From: Pseudomonadota bacterium
Lineage (GTDB): Bacteria; Pseudomonadota; Gammaproteobacteria; Xanthomonadales; Xanthomonadaceae
Assembly (NCBI GenBank): GCA_023386795.1
Contig: JAEWJB010000178.1
Coordinates: forward strand, 1,269-65,268
Reading direction: 5' to 3'
DNA length: 64,000 nucleotides
Shown here: piece by piece, positions 62,924 to 64,000 of the stretch
Position numbering within the stretch: the stretch's first letter is position 1
How the letters are laid out: each line of letters begins with the position of its first letter
Position numbers and translations under genes: made by a program
The notes under the pieces: model-generated
What the model was told of the DNA's origin: nothing
Database searches by the model: none
Seen by the model: the letters and a program-made list of their open reading frames with translations, nothing else

Positions 62924-63013
62924 CGTTTGCGGCGGTCGTCGGGGAGCCGGCGTCGGTCAAACCGTTCCTTCTTTTCGGCGCATCTTCTCGGTGCCCTTCA
63001 ACCGGTTTCTTCA

Positions 63014-64000
63014 ATGATCAACAGCCTGCTTACCCGCGTCTTCGGCAGTCGTAACGAACGCCTCCTCCGCCAGCTCAGCCGCATCGTCGTCAAGATCAAT
63101 GCGCTGGAGCCGGAGATGGAGAAGCTCTCCGACGCGCAGCTGCAGGCCAAGACCCCCGAGTTCAAGGAACGCATCGCCAAGGGCGAAGCGCTGGACAAGG
63201 TGCTGCCGGAAGCCTTCGCCGTCTGCCGCGAAGCCTCGCGCCGCGTGCTGGGCATGCGCCACTACGACGTGCAGCTGATCGGCGGCATGGTGCTGCACCT
63301 GGGCAAGATCGCCGAAATGCGTACCGGCGAGGGCAAGACCCTGGTCGCCACGCTGCCGGTCTATCTCAACGCGCTGGAAGGCCAGGGCGTGCACGTGGTG
63401 ACCGTCAACGACTACCTGGCCCGCCGCGACGCCGCCCAGATGGGCCGGCTGTACAACTGGCTGGGCCTGAGCGTGGGCGTGGTCTACCCGGGCATGCCGC
63501 ACAGCGACAAGCACGAAGCCTACGGCGCGGACATCACCTACGGCACCAACAACGAATTCGGCTTCGACTACCTGCGCGACAACATGGCGCTCTCGCGCGC
63601 CGACCGCTACCAGCGTGGCCTGCACTACGCCATCGTCGACGAAGTGGACTCGATCCTGATCGACGAGGCGCGCACCCCGCTGATCATCTCCGGCCCGGCC
63701 GATGAATCGCCGGAGCTGTACATCCGCGTCAACCGCATCGTCCCGCAGCTGACCAAGCAGGAAAGCGAAGAAGCCGAAGGCGACTTCTGGGTCGACGAGA
63801 AGGGCAAGCAGGTGCACCTGTCCGAGGCGGGCATGGAGCATGCCGAGGCGCTGCTGCGCCAGGCCGGCATCCTCACCGATGAGGAAGGCCTGTACGCCGC
63901 GCAGAACCTCAGCGTCGTCCACCACCTCAACGCCGCGCTGCGCGCCCACGCGCTGTTCCAGCGCGACGTGGACTACATCGTGCGCGACGGCGAAGTGGTG
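63014..64000 (+). CDS. secA: Preprotein translocase ATPase SecA, N-terminal ~329 codons (3' end outside the window)
   Basis: ATG 63014 opens a frame that stays open to the window end. [35 protein letters not shown] and [22 protein letters not shown] are present. The ORF track omits it because there is no stop codon in the window. Confidence 0.97.
   Translation, partial: MINSLLTRVFGSRNERLLRQLSRIVVKINALEPEMEKLSDAQLQAKTPEFKERIAKGEALDKVLPEAFAVCREASRRVLGMRHYDVQLIGGMVLHLGKIAEMRTGEGKTLVATLPVYLNALEGQGVHVVTVNDYLARRDAAQMGRLYNWLGLSVGVVYPGMPHSDKHEAYGADITYGTNNEFGFDYLRDNMALSRADRYQRGLHYAIVDEVDSILIDEARTPLIISGPADESPELYIRVNRIVPQLTKQESEEAEGDFWVDEKGKQVHLSEAGMEHAEALLRQAGILTDEEGLYAAQNLSVVHHLNAALRAHALFQRDVDYIVRDGEVV

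Noticed and set aside
62854-63054. A 66-aa ORF upstream of and overlapping the secA start, considered as a SecM-like leader peptide.
   Set aside because: It starts with TTG and has no Shine-Dalgarno sequence. It has no signal peptide or arrest-motif-like sequence, and it overlaps the secA start out of frame.

Overview
This is a visibly GC-rich, gene-dense chromosomal segment with almost no non-coding space. The gene content and order look gammaproteobacterial and Xanthomonadales-like: an xps-type gspM-N-D order, a dcw cluster without murD, and a ribBX-type rib operon. That taxonomic call is inference only. From left to right the window holds: the 3' end of a type II secretion cluster (gspM fragment, gspN, lipobox-bearing secretin gspD) with two glycosyltransferase-like genes translationally coupled to it; pncB; a cellulose synthase locus (bcsD-like, proline-rich ORF, bcsA, bcsB, bcsZ, bcsC); a purine/NCS2 permease; ettA; an RcnB-like protein; glyA; nrdR-ribD, then an FMN riboswitch, then ribE-ribB(A/X)-ribH-nusB-thiL; a TorF-family porin gene abutting kdpF-A-B-C-D-E; an FAD oxidase, a YdjM-like hydrolase, yraN and lpoA, divergent from rsmI; RNase P RNA; an NRDE-family gene; the full dcw division/cell-wall cluster from mraZ to ftsZ; lpxC; a DUF721/DciA-like gene; an M23 peptidase; and the 5' part of secA. 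I found no CRISPR array, transposase, integrase, phage or recognisable defence module, so the window reads as core genome. The points most worth a second look are regulatory or architectural. A porin gene appears welded onto the kdp operon, with KdpE-like phased repeats upstream. The bcs operon is headed by a BcsD-like gene plus a Pro-rich gene. A glycosyltransferase pair is coupled to the secretin gene. A phased GTGG-type repeat array lies at the mraZ promoter. None of these is demonstrably a new system from sequence alone.
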